NCBI GenBank assembly: GCA_019114985.1
Contig: DXEM01000007.1
Span: forward strand, 21,077-85,076
Direction: 5' to 3'
Length of the DNA: 64,000 nt
Origin: Candidatus Anaerostipes excrementavium
GTDB taxonomy: Bacteria; Bacillota; Clostridia; Lachnospirales; Lachnospiraceae
Shown: positions 48,979-58,656 of the stretch, one piece after another
Numbering within the stretch: position 1 is the first letter of the stretch
Layout of the letters: every line of letters starts with the position of its first letter
Notes under the pieces: model-generated
Seen by the model: the letters and a program-made list of their open reading frames with translations, nothing else
Databases searched by the model: none
Told to the model about the DNA's origin: nothing
Translations under genes and position numbers: made by a program

Positions 48979-49452
48979 CTAAAATTTATCTGCCCATTTT
49001 TTCAGCTCTGCGGCGCTTGCATTGCTGGCAAAGCGTTTTCCTTCGCAAAGGTCAGCGCCTTTGCAGGAATCTTCTAATTCCCGGTTGGTATTTCCCATAC
49101 CGCTTGACCCTGACGTAGCAAAAGGAATGACCTTTTTCCCGCTCAGATCATATTGTTCTAAAAACGTATTGATGATCGTAGGAGCTACATACCACCAGAT
49201 TGGAAAACCTACAAAGATTTTGTCATATGCTTCCATATCTTCTACCTGGTTCGCAATCCCAGGGCGGAATGTTTTATCCTTCATCTCCACGCTGCTGCGG
49301 CTTGTTGGATCGTTCCAATTAAGATCCGCATTGGAGTATGGTGTTTCCGGCTTAATTTCGTGCAGATCGGCACCGATTGCCTCTGCTAGTGTTTTCGCTA
49401 CTCCCTCGGTTACACCGCTGGCTGAAAAATATGCAACTAATGTCTGACTCAT
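48979..49452 (-). CDS. Flavodoxin-like protein
   Basis: LVAYFSASGVT, VGFPIWW, PFATSGSSG. Confidence 0.9.
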   Translation of the reverse strand: MSQTLVAYFSASGVTEGVAKTLAEAIGADLHEIKPETPYSNADLNWNDPTSRSSVEMKDKTFRPGIANQVEDMEAYDKIFVGFPIWWYVAPTIINTFLEQYDLSGKKVIPFATSGSSGMGNTNRELEDSCKGADLCEGKRFASNASAAELKKWADKF

Positions 49453-49478
49453 ATTCTTTTCCTCCATTTCTGCTTACA

Positions 49479-49991
49479 TTATAAATAACTGACTGTCTCT
49501 GACAGTTCTTTTCTCTGGCTGTGAGTAGGAAGCGGTTCTGTTCCTTCTGCCGCATAGCCAAGATCCAACAACATCAGAACTTCTTCTTTCTCCGGCAGTC
49601 CCAATTTCTCTGCCATCACATCCGGATCAAAGAAATTGATCCAGCAGCTGTCCACGCCAACATCCTTTGCCGCCAGCATCAGATGAGTCGCAACGATCGT
49701 CGCGTCTTCTACACCAGAATCTCTCTGATCTCCCGGATAAGTGAACACATTTTCTTTATCAAAAGCTACAACCATAACCGTCGATGCTCCGTAACGGCAC
49801 GGAGTTGCTTCGTCGATTTTTCCCAGTCCTTCCTCTGACTGTACAACATAAATCCGCTGTTCCTGCAGGTTCTTCGCCGTAGGCGCTAAACGTCCTGCTT
49901 CTAAAATGGCATTCAGCTGTTCTGTCTCTACCGGACGTCCGTCGAACTTCTTACATGCGTAACGCTGTTTGATTACTTCTGAAAATTCCAT
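49479..49991 (-). CDS. Nitroreductase-family protein
   Basis: RYACKKF, LAPTAKNLQ, GVDSCWI, HSQRK. Confidence 0.9.
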   Translation of the reverse strand: MEFSEVIKQRYACKKFDGRPVETEQLNAILEAGRLAPTAKNLQEQRIYVVQSEEGLGKIDEATPCRYGASTVMVVAFDKENVFTYPGDQRDSGVEDATIVATHLMLAAKDVGVDSCWINFFDPDVMAEKLGLPEKEEVLMLLDLGYAAEGTEPLPTHSQRKELSETVSYL

Positions 49992-50098
49992 CTCGCAAAC
50001 CTCCTTCTGAATCTATTTCTATTATAAAACTGATGTAATAGAATGTAAAATGCTTAAATTGAGTAATAATCCATCCATTTTATGTATACCTACTCGTT

Positions 50099-50419
50099 TT
50101 AAAAAATCCCTCGATTATATTTTATTTGAGCGAATATCATCATACATAGTCCAATCAGAAATGTAATGCCAAATGGAATTGCGCTTTTTAACGAATCAAT
50201 AAAGATTCCAATGACTCCGGAAATTGCCATTCCAATTCCAATCACAATCATTGCTTTTCCCATAATACTTGTATATGCTTTTTTATCCTTTTCTTTTACT
50301 TTCGTGTAATGATAATCGTGTATCAAATTGATTCTTTCTTTTTTCCATATCAGAAATCCCAAATAAAAGAATAATACACTGCAGCCTTCCATAACGAAGA
50401 AAAAAATGATATATTCCAT
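50099..50419 (-). CDS. Small membrane protein (DUF3784-like)
   Basis: Three TM segments, LIHDYH motif, terminal KYNRGIF. Confidence 0.65.
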   Translation of the reverse strand: MEYIIFFFVMEGCSVLFFYLGFLIWKKERINLIHDYHYTKVKEKDKKAYTSIMGKAMIVIGIGMAISGVIGIFIDSLKSAIPFGITFLIGLCMMIFAQIKYNRGIF

Positions 50420-50491
50420 AAACCCTCCGAACTCATCAATAAAATATTTCTGCCGTTTATCTTTGTTCCTTACTTATCAATGCGAGTTTTA

Positions 50492-51295
50492 TCATTTTGA
50501 AGCAAATCTTGGATTTGCTTCTCTGATGCTTTCAGGAAATCGTCTCTTTAATTCTTCAAAAGCATATTTTACATCTTGCGGAATATCAACATGACTAATA
50601 AAATTCTTTCCTCGAGGTCCGTAACCATTTTCATCGTCATTTAATCTCGGTATTTCCCCCATAAGGAGTGTTATATACCTGTCAATGTCCCACATTCCCA
50701 GAGGTTGTTCTTGATAGATCAAGTCATCGTCTTTTTGAATGACAGTGACTTGATATGTGGCATAATTTATGATAAGGACTTCATCGGAAACATATTTCTT
50801 CAAGGTAGCTGCCATTCTGCACTGCATCGATGCATCCTGTGCTAAAATTATGCTGTCACATTTTATATGGTTCATTTTCATCAATTCCAAGAGGAATGTA
50901 ATGTTATTTCCGCAGTTTGTAGAATTGCATTCCAGATAGTCTGCTTGAAGTCCATACATTTCCTTTATGTATCTATTAAATATTTCTGCTTCTGTTAAAT
51001 CCTTTGTTTCAATTCCGTCATAAATTTTGCCGACCATTTCCCGTAATGTTTCTGTGGTATGTCCTGCACCGCCGACAATGATATATGTTTCCGCAATCTG
51101 AGCTTTTATGGCTTCAGCCAGTACATTGCCGCCTTCAAGTATACTTCCGCCAAATAATACAAATGCGTCTGCTTTTTTCATGCCATATACATCCTGCAGA
51201 CTTTTCTGAGTTAAGTTTGGAATATCTCTTCTGCCGCAAAATTTCCCCAAAACATTTATTAGTTCCGCTTTATTCATATCATACATCCTTTTCAT
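50492..51295 (-). CDS. YdcF/DUF218 (ElyC/SanA-like) protein
   Basis: GGAGHTT, TEAE, STNCGNN, QDASMQCR, GEIPRL...GYGP. Confidence 0.85.
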   Translation of the reverse strand: MKRMYDMNKAELINVLGKFCGRRDIPNLTQKSLQDVYGMKKADAFVLFGGSILEGGNVLAEAIKAQIAETYIIVGGAGHTTETLREMVGKIYDGIETKDLTEAEIFNRYIKEMYGLQADYLECNSTNCGNNITFLLELMKMNHIKCDSIILAQDASMQCRMAATLKKYVSDEVLIINYATYQVTVIQKDDDLIYQEQPLGMWDIDRYITLLMGEIPRLNDDENGYGPRGKNFISHVDIPQDVKYAFEELKRRFPESIREANPRFASK

Positions 51296-51365
51296 CCAAT
51301 GTTCCTTTTGTAATTTCGATTGATTCCTACACGAATCAAGATGCTTTTATCTTTCACAATGATTG

Positions 51366-51995
51366 TCACTTCAATTTCAAATTGTTTATTTCTGACTGCA
51401 GGAGAGACAAAAATTTTCCGGCGTGTGCGCCGTCCATCTGTGTATGATGGAATTGAAACGAAATTGACAGATAATAACGAAAGAATTTCTTTTTGTATCT
51501 GCCCCAAATGATAAATGGGTTGTTAAAAATACCGCTGTTCATGCCCACTGCGCCATCAATTTCAGTATCTATAACTGCAGATGTGCCGATTACCATACAG
51601 TTTTCTGAGAGATCCCTATCCCTACAAGTTTCTGCAGCTTGCTTCGTATATTTCAGATAATCATCGTTGAATTTTTCCAGTTCGCTCGTAAACAGAATAT
51701 CGCAGGAACTTACTTCTCCCTCTTTGTTTTTTACAATGGTATTCACAGCAATCGTATCATACTGAATCAATTTATCTCCAACCGGAAGTAAATAAAACTC
51801 ATCTACTGCCTTTGCCGCTTTGCCAATGCAATAGTCCATCAGCATATTAAACTTTAAATGCTTCTTACTGCTTACCTTAACAAGATTTGTGACATCCATT
51901 GTCTTAAAAAAAGTTACCATTGGATTGGGCGCTTTCATCCAAAGTTCAAATGCCGCAGCTCGTTTCGACTTTTGTGGGTCAATCTCTTTTGCCAT
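51366..51995 (-). CDS. Chloramphenicol-acetyltransferase (CatA)-like O-acetyltransferase
   Basis: C-terminal IWGRY...SFQFHHTQMDGAH carries the CAT HxxxDG motif; ~209 aa. Confidence 0.75.
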   Translation of the reverse strand: MAKEIDPQKSKRAAAFELWMKAPNPMVTFFKTMDVTNLVKVSSKKHLKFNMLMDYCIGKAAKAVDEFYLLPVGDKLIQYDTIAVNTIVKNKEGEVSSCDILFTSELEKFNDDYLKYTKQAAETCRDRDLSENCMVIGTSAVIDTEIDGAVGMNSGIFNNPFIIWGRYKKKFFRYYLSISFQFHHTQMDGAHAGKFLSLLQSEINNLKLK

Positions 51996-52104
51996 ATTCA
52001 CCTCCGTCAATTCCATTTTCCTCCATTATAGAGAATTAAATATCCCTTCTATGTCTTCATCATAACAAATCCACGTCTTTGGCTCAACAAAATCAGAACA
52101 TGAT

Positions 52105-53637
52105 CTATTTTTTCACGATATTCATAACTCGCTGCACCCAATCACGATAAAATGCTTCCTCATGAGATACCAGAAGCACGGTTCCTGAAAATTGGGAAAG
52201 CGCTGTTTTTAAGGCCTCTTTTGCCTGAATGTCCAAGTGATTGGTCGGTTCGTCCATTATTAGAAAATTACATGGTATCAGAGTTAACAGGCACATTTTT
52301 ACTTTTGCCTGTTCTCCCCCGCTCAGCGTTTTGATTGGCTGCAATGCATGTTTTTGGGAAATTCCACACTGCGCTAAATGCTTACGGATATCTTTGATTA
52401 CCATCTCAGGATGAGCATCCGAAACGATTTGGATCGGTGTCCATTCAGGCTCTTCCCATACTAGATCCTGCTCAAAATATCCCACCGTGACTTGATCTGA
52501 AAACTTGTAATACCCTTGCATTTCTGAAATTTGTCCCGTGAGCGTCTTCAACAGCGTCGATTTTCCAATTCCATTGAAACCGGTGACAGCCACTTTCTGA
52601 CCGCCTTGAATATGAAATTCAATATCTGATAACACAGGATATTGATATCCAACCGCCAATTGTTTCACTAATAAATGATCCGTATTCGTAAAAGGCAATT
52701 CTGCAAATCGAAAAACAGGGATCACTTCTTTTTGATCCAACGCCTCCAATTTCTCCATCCGATCCAGCTGCTTTTGCCGCCCTCTCGCCATTTTCGCCTT
52801 CCGTCCGGCAAAATTTTTCCGTATAAATTCTTCTGTCTTTTGAATTTTCTTTTGCTGAGCGGCATATTGTCGGATATAATCTTCCCGCAGCAATGTTTTC
52901 TTACGCAAAAAATCAGAATAAGTCCCATAATATTTGGTCATCGTACCATGATCAATATCACAGATACGATTTGCGATTTGTTCCAAAAAATGATGATCAT
53001 GAGAAACAACCAGATAGGCATTTTCCAATGAGGACAAATATTCCGCTAACCATTTCACATGATCTTCATCCAGAAAATTGGTCGGTTCATCCAACAAAAG
53101 TACCTCCGGCTTTTCGAGAAGCAGCTTTGCTAAAATAACCTTCGCCCGCTGCCCGCCGCTCATCTGAGAAATCGGGCGTTCCAATCCAATGGCGCTTAAT
53201 CCTAATCCATTTGCGACACGCTCAATTTCCGTGTCAATCGAATAAAAATCATGAACTTCCAACTGCTCTTGATATTGGGCCGCTGTTTCAAGGCTTTTCT
53301 CGTCTCCCTGCGCGGCTTTCTCATATAATTTGATCACTTGCGCTTCCAATTCAAACAACTTGGTAAAAGCCGATTCTAAAAACTCTTTCATCGTAAATGC
53401 AGGATCAATCTGCGCATATTGATCCAAATAGCCAATCGTAATGTTCGGAAGCCAAATCACACGACCGCTATCCGGAAGCATCTGCCCTGTACAAATTTTA
53501 ATCAAAGTACTCTTCCCTGCTCCGTTCTGCCCAACAATCCCGACATGTTCTCCTTTATTCAATGTAAATTCCGCATTTCTATAAAGCACATTCTCACCAA
53601 AAGAATGTGATAATCCTTCGATTCTTAATAAACTCAT
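52105..53637 (-). CDS. ABC-F ribosome-associated ATPase (YfmM-like)
   Basis: Two ABC cassettes (GQNGAGKST/MSGGQ/LDEPTN; GFNGIGKST/LSGGE/MDEPTN), no TM segment. Confidence 0.93.
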   Translation of the reverse strand: MSLLRIEGLSHSFGENVLYRNAEFTLNKGEHVGIVGQNGAGKSTLIKICTGQMLPDSGRVIWLPNITIGYLDQYAQIDPAFTMKEFLESAFTKLFELEAQVIKLYEKAAQGDEKSLETAAQYQEQLEVHDFYSIDTEIERVANGLGLSAIGLERPISQMSGGQRAKVILAKLLLEKPEVLLLDEPTNFLDEDHVKWLAEYLSSLENAYLVVSHDHHFLEQIANRICDIDHGTMTKYYGTYSDFLRKKTLLREDYIRQYAAQQKKIQKTEEFIRKNFAGRKAKMARGRQKQLDRMEKLEALDQKEVIPVFRFAELPFTNTDHLLVKQLAVGYQYPVLSDIEFHIQGGQKVAVTGFNGIGKSTLLKTLTGQISEMQGYYKFSDQVTVGYFEQDLVWEEPEWTPIQIVSDAHPEMVIKDIRKHLAQCGISQKHALQPIKTLSGGEQAKVKMCLLTLIPCNFLIMDEPTNHLDIQAKEALKTALSQFSGTVLLVSHEEAFYRDWVQRVMNIVKK

Positions 53638-53660
53638 TTCCGTATAATCCTTTCATGCAT

Positions 53661-53700
53661 AAAAACAGAAGGCAAAGATACACAAAGTATCCGCCTTCTG
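53661..53700 (-). terminator. Premature (attenuator) terminator just upstream of the ABC-F start
   Basis: CAGAAGGC...GCCTTCTG followed by T5 on the minus strand, 24 nt before the ATG. Confidence 0.7.
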
Positions 53701-53838
53701 CCGTTGATAAAATAACTTAAAACAAAAGGCCATAGACAAAACATTGTCCACAGCCTTATCTGCATGATGACAATACGGAAAGCCAGCTCCAAAAATAGGC
53801 AGAATATCCCCTGGGCTTCCCGATGAAATCTGCGTGAT

Positions 53839-53928
53839 CTATACACCGTACTCTGCACAATGTTTCATCGGTATGGATTGTACAGAGTTGATTCGCTTTT
53901 TACGTTTATCTGTCAAATGAAAATTCAT
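53839..53928 (-). CDS. Candidate leader peptide (29 aa)
   Basis: SD AGGAG, then MNFHLTDKRKKRINSVQSIPMKHCAEYGV. Confidence 0.5.
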   Translation of the reverse strand: MNFHLTDKRKKRINSVQSIPMKHCAEYGV

Positions 53929-54000
53929 AAATATACTCCTAAAAATGATATCCTGCTTCATCATGATACAAAAAAAGAAAAAAGTCAAGGAGGATTCGTT

Positions 54001-54196
54001 ATGAACATCAATACCCAAAACCTGGTGTAATGCCAATTTCCAAACGTCTCATTAAAAAAAATAGGCAAGCTTATGAGGAACTTGCCAAATGATCAGACTT
54101 TCCAAATCCCAGATACTTCTGCTGTATGAACAGCTCCTGGAAGCGACTGGAACCATTTCATCCTCTGAGTTATTGAAATGGATACTCAATCATTAA
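54001..54196 (+). pseudogene. Internally deleted Phd/YefM-Doc toxin-antitoxin module
   Basis: SD AAGGAGG; MNINTQNLV* ... ISKRLIKKNRQAYEELAK*, overlapping (ATGA) MIRLSKSQILLLYEQLLEATG/TISSSELLKWILNH*. Confidence 0.7.
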
Positions 54197-54298
54197 ATCT
54201 AAAACAAAGTCATCTCAGTTTAGGGGATGACTTCTGTTATGTCTGGCAAACAGAAAATTTATCTGATCATAGAAATTTCTCTTTTCCTATGGAAAACC

Positions 54299-54694
54299 TT
54301 AGATTTGCGTCTCTGTCATATTCTGTAAATCTCGACTAAAAGTTTCATAATCAAATTTCCCCTTGCTCTTTGTCTTTTTTACAGCCCTTAATATGGTATC
54401 TTTTATAATCGTTATTTTTTCCTCACTTGTCGCATTATAATATTGTTCAAAATTGATTCGAATCCAAATACTGGCACAACTAGCGTAATTAATAAAGCGA
54501 GTGCTCTCTTTCCATTTGCCCTGTTGATATAATTCGTCTGGTGCTGCTACTGGACATATACCTATTGTTTTTAACATTTCACTGTATTCTTTATCTTTGA
54601 AATATTCATAACATTTTTGACAATATCGATATACATCGTCATCTACTCCGTATTGCTGAGTAAAATAAGCCGGAGAGTTAATGTTTAAATTCAT
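54299..54694 (-). CDS. Hypothetical protein, polymorphic-toxin immunity-like (Imm44-like by recall)
   Basis: 131 aa; DKEYSEMLKTIGICP...KE...IRINFEQY pattern. Confidence 0.5.
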   Translation of the reverse strand: MNLNINSPAYFTQQYGVDDDVYRYCQKCYEYFKDKEYSEMLKTIGICPVAAPDELYQQGKWKESTRFINYASCASIWIRINFEQYYNATSEEKITIIKDTILRAVKKTKSKGKFDYETFSRDLQNMTETQI

Positions 54695-54729
54695 ACATCA
54701 TCACCTCGAAGCTGGAATTTATACAATAA

Positions 54730-55197
54730 TTAACAATCAAATAAATTAAATTCTCGTTGTAAGAAACATTCTATAAATAATGCCATCTCATTATCACTTT
54801 CTTTATTATTGGTTGGAATGTGTTCAATAATAATAATGGTATCATCCCAATTTAAATCTTTATCACTTAAAAACTTTCTTGCAAATGACGTCAGTGAATT
54901 TCCATAGTCCTTACTGAAATCTAAATCTGGAGAGGTGTAATTTGTTTTACCCCCAACAAGCCCATATTTATCACCATTAACATTTAAAAATTTAATATAT
55001 GCAAAAAAACGAGCATTATCCTGATAACCATTTTCTCTAATTTTTTTCTTTGTTTCTTTATCTAATTCATAAAAATTACTAATAGGATTATCTTCTTTTT
55101 TTAATTCTTCCAATCTACTCTTGATTACATCAATACTAAATAGTTCAAAAGGGAGTTTCAATTTATCATTAATATTGTTTATTTTATAATTGTTCAC
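54730..55197 (-). CDS. Hypothetical protein, very AT-rich
   Basis: 155-aa ORF with SD GAGG; no family recognised. Confidence 0.6.
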   Translation of the reverse strand: MNNYKINNINDKLKLPFELFSIDVIKSRLEELKKEDNPISNFYELDKETKKKIRENGYQDNARFFAYIKFLNVNGDKYGLVGGKTNYTSPDLDFSKDYGNSLTSFARKFLSDKDLNWDDTIIIIEHIPTNNKESDNEMALFIECFLQREFNLFDC

Positions 55198-55260
55198 TTA
55201 ATCAACCTCACAAAAAACATAATTTAGTCTATCAAATTCTTCTAATATGAAAGAGGTCAT

Positions 55261-55682
55261 TTACAATTCTGAAATCCTTTGTTGCATATCAATTAAATGA
55301 ACCTCATTTTCTTTAATCATCAATCCATAAGAAAAATTAATCACATTTCCCCCTACTGGTTCAAATTTAACATATTGTCCATATATATTTCTATTTCGTT
55401 CACCAAATATTTTCTTTTTTTTTCTGGTAACACATTATATATTGAACATGATACACCTATTGTATAAAATCCATTTTTTATAGGATTGCCCTTATCACTA
55501 AACCATTCACTTGTCGAAATACCATTACCTGCCACAGATTTACATTGAACTGTATACTTCTTGCCACGCAATGTGAACATTAATGGTGTTCCCTCTGGAA
55601 TATTTGAAGATACTTGGAATCTTATCTTTCCATCATTTTCACCTCTGAAATTCAATGATATTAATATTCCTACAAATTCCAA
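55261..55682 (-). pseudogene. Hypothetical gene frameshifted at an A9 run (plus-strand T9 at 55415-55423)
   Basis: Adding one A extends the frame ...LPEKKKKIFGERNRNIYGQYVKFEPVGGNVI... to the TAA at 55261. Confidence 0.5.
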
Positions 55683-55690
55683 TTTATTAA

Positions 55691-56134
55691 TTAGATTGCA
55701 TCCGTGTTAAATCCATCAAAGCTAAATGTTTTTTTAATCGGTTCGTAAATAAACCATGCTTCCATTCCTAAATAGTCATCAATTTTCTTTCGTGCACATC
55801 CTTCCGGATAATAGCCTAAAAAGTGAAGATATAATTGAACGATGATTTCCTCATCTTGATTTCGCACAGTGACAGAGGCTAAATACCATTCACCTGTTAA
55901 ATCCTTTATGCGAGGAAATGTTTCTTCTTCCATCCAATCATCTGCGTCCAGGTATTCTTCACATTCTTTGATAGCTGTTTCAATTAATTCTTTTCTGTGG
56001 TTAAGGTATAGTTTCTTTAAATCTTCCGATTCAAAGTTCATTTTGGGCTGCAGCTTTCGGTCATAATCTGTGTATGTATTTTCCAAATTAGGATATGGCA
56101 TAACAATTTCTTTGAATTTTAACGGCTTTTCCAT
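55691..56134 (-). CDS. Acidic hypothetical protein (immunity-like size and composition)
   Basis: SD before MEKPLK; 147 aa, acidic and aromatic-rich. Confidence 0.6.
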   Translation of the reverse strand: MEKPLKFKEIVMPYPNLENTYTDYDRKLQPKMNFESEDLKKLYLNHRKELIETAIKECEEYLDADDWMEEETFPRIKDLTGEWYLASVTVRNQDEEIIVQLYLHFLGYYPEGCARKKIDDYLGMEAWFIYEPIKKTFSFDGFNTDAI

Positions 56135-56166
56135 TTCCCTTGCTCTCCTATACAAATATTGAATTC

Positions 56167-58557
56167 CTATTTTGCCTTCAATCCTTCATCAAAGGAGCTA
56201 TTATACTTGAGCATGCTTTTCCTTGCAATCTTCATCGCTTCTACGGATTTTTCAGCTTCTTTTATTGCAGCGGAAATTGCTTTTTTCTCTTTGCCCTTGG
56301 CAACATCTTTTTTCAAACGAAGCTCCACGAGCCCCTTTTCAATTTCCGTAATATTCTGAAGATATTGCTCATACACACTGTTAGAAAACGCAACATCGTG
56401 TTCGTCATTTAAGAAAATTTCCCGAACAGAGGTCAGCAGTTTCGCAGACTGCATGATTGTATTTTTCTTACCTGTAAGTCCTGCCACACCAACGGCTCCG
56501 CCAACTCCGGCGCCAACACCGATTCCAAGTGCGGCTCCGCCGCCCACAATCGCAATGGTTCCTCCAAGCATACCTGCTCCGCCTGCTGCAATTGCACCGC
56601 CGCCGAGATATGCAAGACAAGCACTTGTTAAAGCCGCACCGCTGAGTCCTGCGAAGTTTGATCCTACCAATGCCACAGCGATTGGTCCTGCAAAAGCACC
56701 TGCGGTCGCAACAGTAACAAGAGCGATCACTGCTGTGATCGATAATGACGTTATCACTGTCTTAAGCACTTCGTTGAGCTCCTTAATCCATTTATTGTAA
56801 GATTTGCGTAACCGCTTCACATAGCCTTGCTCACAATATTTCCCCGTAAACTGCTTGTCCAAAAAACTATCTCCATCCCCTTTTTTAAAATCGTTCATTG
56901 GGTTGTTCAGATACTTATACTTTCTGCTTGGCACATCCTTGCCTTTCTTATCTTTCTCCACTCCAAGCGGATAGTACGGCTCGAACAACATAGCCTCAAG
57001 AAGAATCAACCGATACCACGGCTTTCGAGGATCATTTTCTGCAATCCGCTGATACAGCTCATTTTTACTGTACCAATGCATTTTCGCCCCCGGAACCTGC
57101 GTGAAACTTTCAAACCCATCGGAAATGAACATGGACCATTCCCTGAGCCATGCAGATTTCAGCTCCTTAACGGCTTCCCCAGTTATCGGAATATTGGTAT
57201 TCTCAATATCATTCAGTGTTTTGTAATACTCGAGATTATAAAGTATCTCTGTCTGTTCCAAAGAAAGACCCAGTTTATCCATCTGCAAATCCATGTCATC
57301 TCCTATTCTCTTATAAATATTCGCATCCGTTTTCTGGAAAGTCTGACGCTTTATATTTTCGTACATATCCCGGATTTTTTTGACATTACGCGCCTTAAGC
57401 CCCCAACTGACATCATAACCAATCGCAACCACAAATCTTCCCACACCGACATAATTGATAGACACCCAATATTTCTGGGTCGCTATTGCCTCTCCGATAT
57501 CGAGTGCAGTAAACACGCCCGTCGAAATCGTCAGCATTCGTGCAATCGTTGGATTATTTCCCGGCTTCACCAAACTCCAATCGATCTTTTTCATATCCGC
57601 AAAACAGCGTACTTCATTTTCTTTCATTTCCATTGCAAAACGTCTTATGAAATAAAAGCTGCGCACAATGCACTCGTTTGCAATCACAGGAACAGCCTGT
57701 CTGCTCAGTTCCACAGCAACACCAAGTTCACCTCGCAAATCAAACTTGATAACAGAGTCCTTCATGATCTGTCCTTTTTCATCACGCTGCATCATAAAGG
57801 TACCATTAAACAGCTTTGAGAGGAAAAGGGACAGCGACATGTCGCCATCAACTTTTAAATTCTTAAAAATCGGTATGGAAGAAATTTCTTTTGCCAATGC
57901 AAGAATCGGTCCGGGGATCCCTGTTCCGCCGGTAATTCCCGCAGTGCTGCTTGATCCTGCCATATCACTCACAAGATGAAAAAACCAGGTGATTGTCCCT
58001 TTCAAGATTTTCTCAGGAACATCTTTTCCGATAAAAGGTCTGCTTTTGTCCGGCACATCCACTACAAGGAAAACACCATTCTCGTCTGTTCCATAGGATT
58101 TCTCCGTGAACTGCGTCAGTAAAGAAAAAGCCAATCCAACGATTGTTGGATGGTGAGCAAAATCCCGCAAATGGTGCTGCTTCCCTCCTCCAAAATCGGG
58201 AGTATTTCCATCACTCGGAATCGGGAATCGCTTCTCCAATGCTTTCACCGCAGATGGCATATCATCAAACTTCTTCCCTTCCACCAACTCCGCCGTCTTT
58301 TTAACAAACGAATCTATCTTATCACTTGCAATTTTGCGCCCATGTTCCAGATCAAACTCACCAACCCAGAGGATATCCAGCACGCTGCAGGCAATACCGC
58401 TTGCAATCGCAACGATATAATCCAGCTTATCCGCTTTGCTTGATAATAATTCGATTTGACTGTTCAGATCATAAATGGTTTTATCAAAATCAAACTCCTC
58501 GGAACCTACAAAGTCATCGTAGGGTATTAGTTCATATTTTATATTGTCCTCAAACAT
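56167..58557 (-). CDS. Large hypothetical protein with a C-terminal glycine-zipper hydrophobic segment and a terminal coiled coil
   Basis: ~796-aa open frame; HHLRDFAHHP motif; GLSGAALTSACLAYLGGGAIAAGGAGMLGG...; start uncertain (58557-58587). Confidence 0.8.
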   Translation of the reverse strand: MFEDNIKYELIPYDDFVGSEEFDFDKTIYDLNSQIELLSSKADKLDYIVAIASGIACSVLDILWVGEFDLEHGRKIASDKIDSFVKKTAELVEGKKFDDMPSAVKALEKRFPIPSDGNTPDFGGGKQHHLRDFAHHPTIVGLAFSLLTQFTEKSYGTDENGVFLVVDVPDKSRPFIGKDVPEKILKGTITWFFHLVSDMAGSSSTAGITGGTGIPGPILALAKEISSIPIFKNLKVDGDMSLSLFLSKLFNGTFMMQRDEKGQIMKDSVIKFDLRGELGVAVELSRQAVPVIANECIVRSFYFIRRFAMEMKENEVRCFADMKKIDWSLVKPGNNPTIARMLTISTGVFTALDIGEAIATQKYWVSINYVGVGRFVVAIGYDVSWGLKARNVKKIRDMYENIKRQTFQKTDANIYKRIGDDMDLQMDKLGLSLEQTEILYNLEYYKTLNDIENTNIPITGEAVKELKSAWLREWSMFISDGFESFTQVPGAKMHWYSKNELYQRIAENDPRKPWYRLILLEAMLFEPYYPLGVEKDKKGKDVPSRKYKYLNNPMNDFKKGDGDSFLDKQFTGKYCEQGYVKRLRKSYNKWIKELNEVLKTVITSLSITAVIALVTVATAGAFAGPIAVALVGSNFAGLSGAALTSACLAYLGGGAIAAGGAGMLGGTIAIVGGGAALGIGVGAGVGGAVGVAGLTGKKNTIMQSAKLLTSVREIFLNDEHDVAFSNSVYEQYLQNITEIEKGLVELRLKKDVAKGKEKKAISAAIKEAEKSVEAMKIARKSMLKYNSSFDEGLKAK

Positions 58558-58587
58558 AATTATCACCAAGCCTTTCTGTTCTATCAT

Positions 58588-58656
58588 AGATGATACTTAT
58601 TCATCAGTTCTTTACAATAACTTTAATCTCTCAACATCCCCAATTCTCCGGTTTTT
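58588..58656 (-). repeat. Degenerate copy of the Rpn gene 3' end
   Basis: 60/69 identical to 59080-59148 by manual alignment; contains an in-frame stop. Confidence 0.8.

Noticed and set aside
54730-55197. GIY-YIG nuclease assignment for the 155-aa ORF
   Set aside because: The motif match is too loose to support; left as hypothetical.
54695-56166. Possible integron-like inter-cassette repeat (GCTGGAATTT near 54713, ACAAATATTGAATT near 56152)
   Set aside because: Too short and dissimilar; not found consistently between the other island genes.
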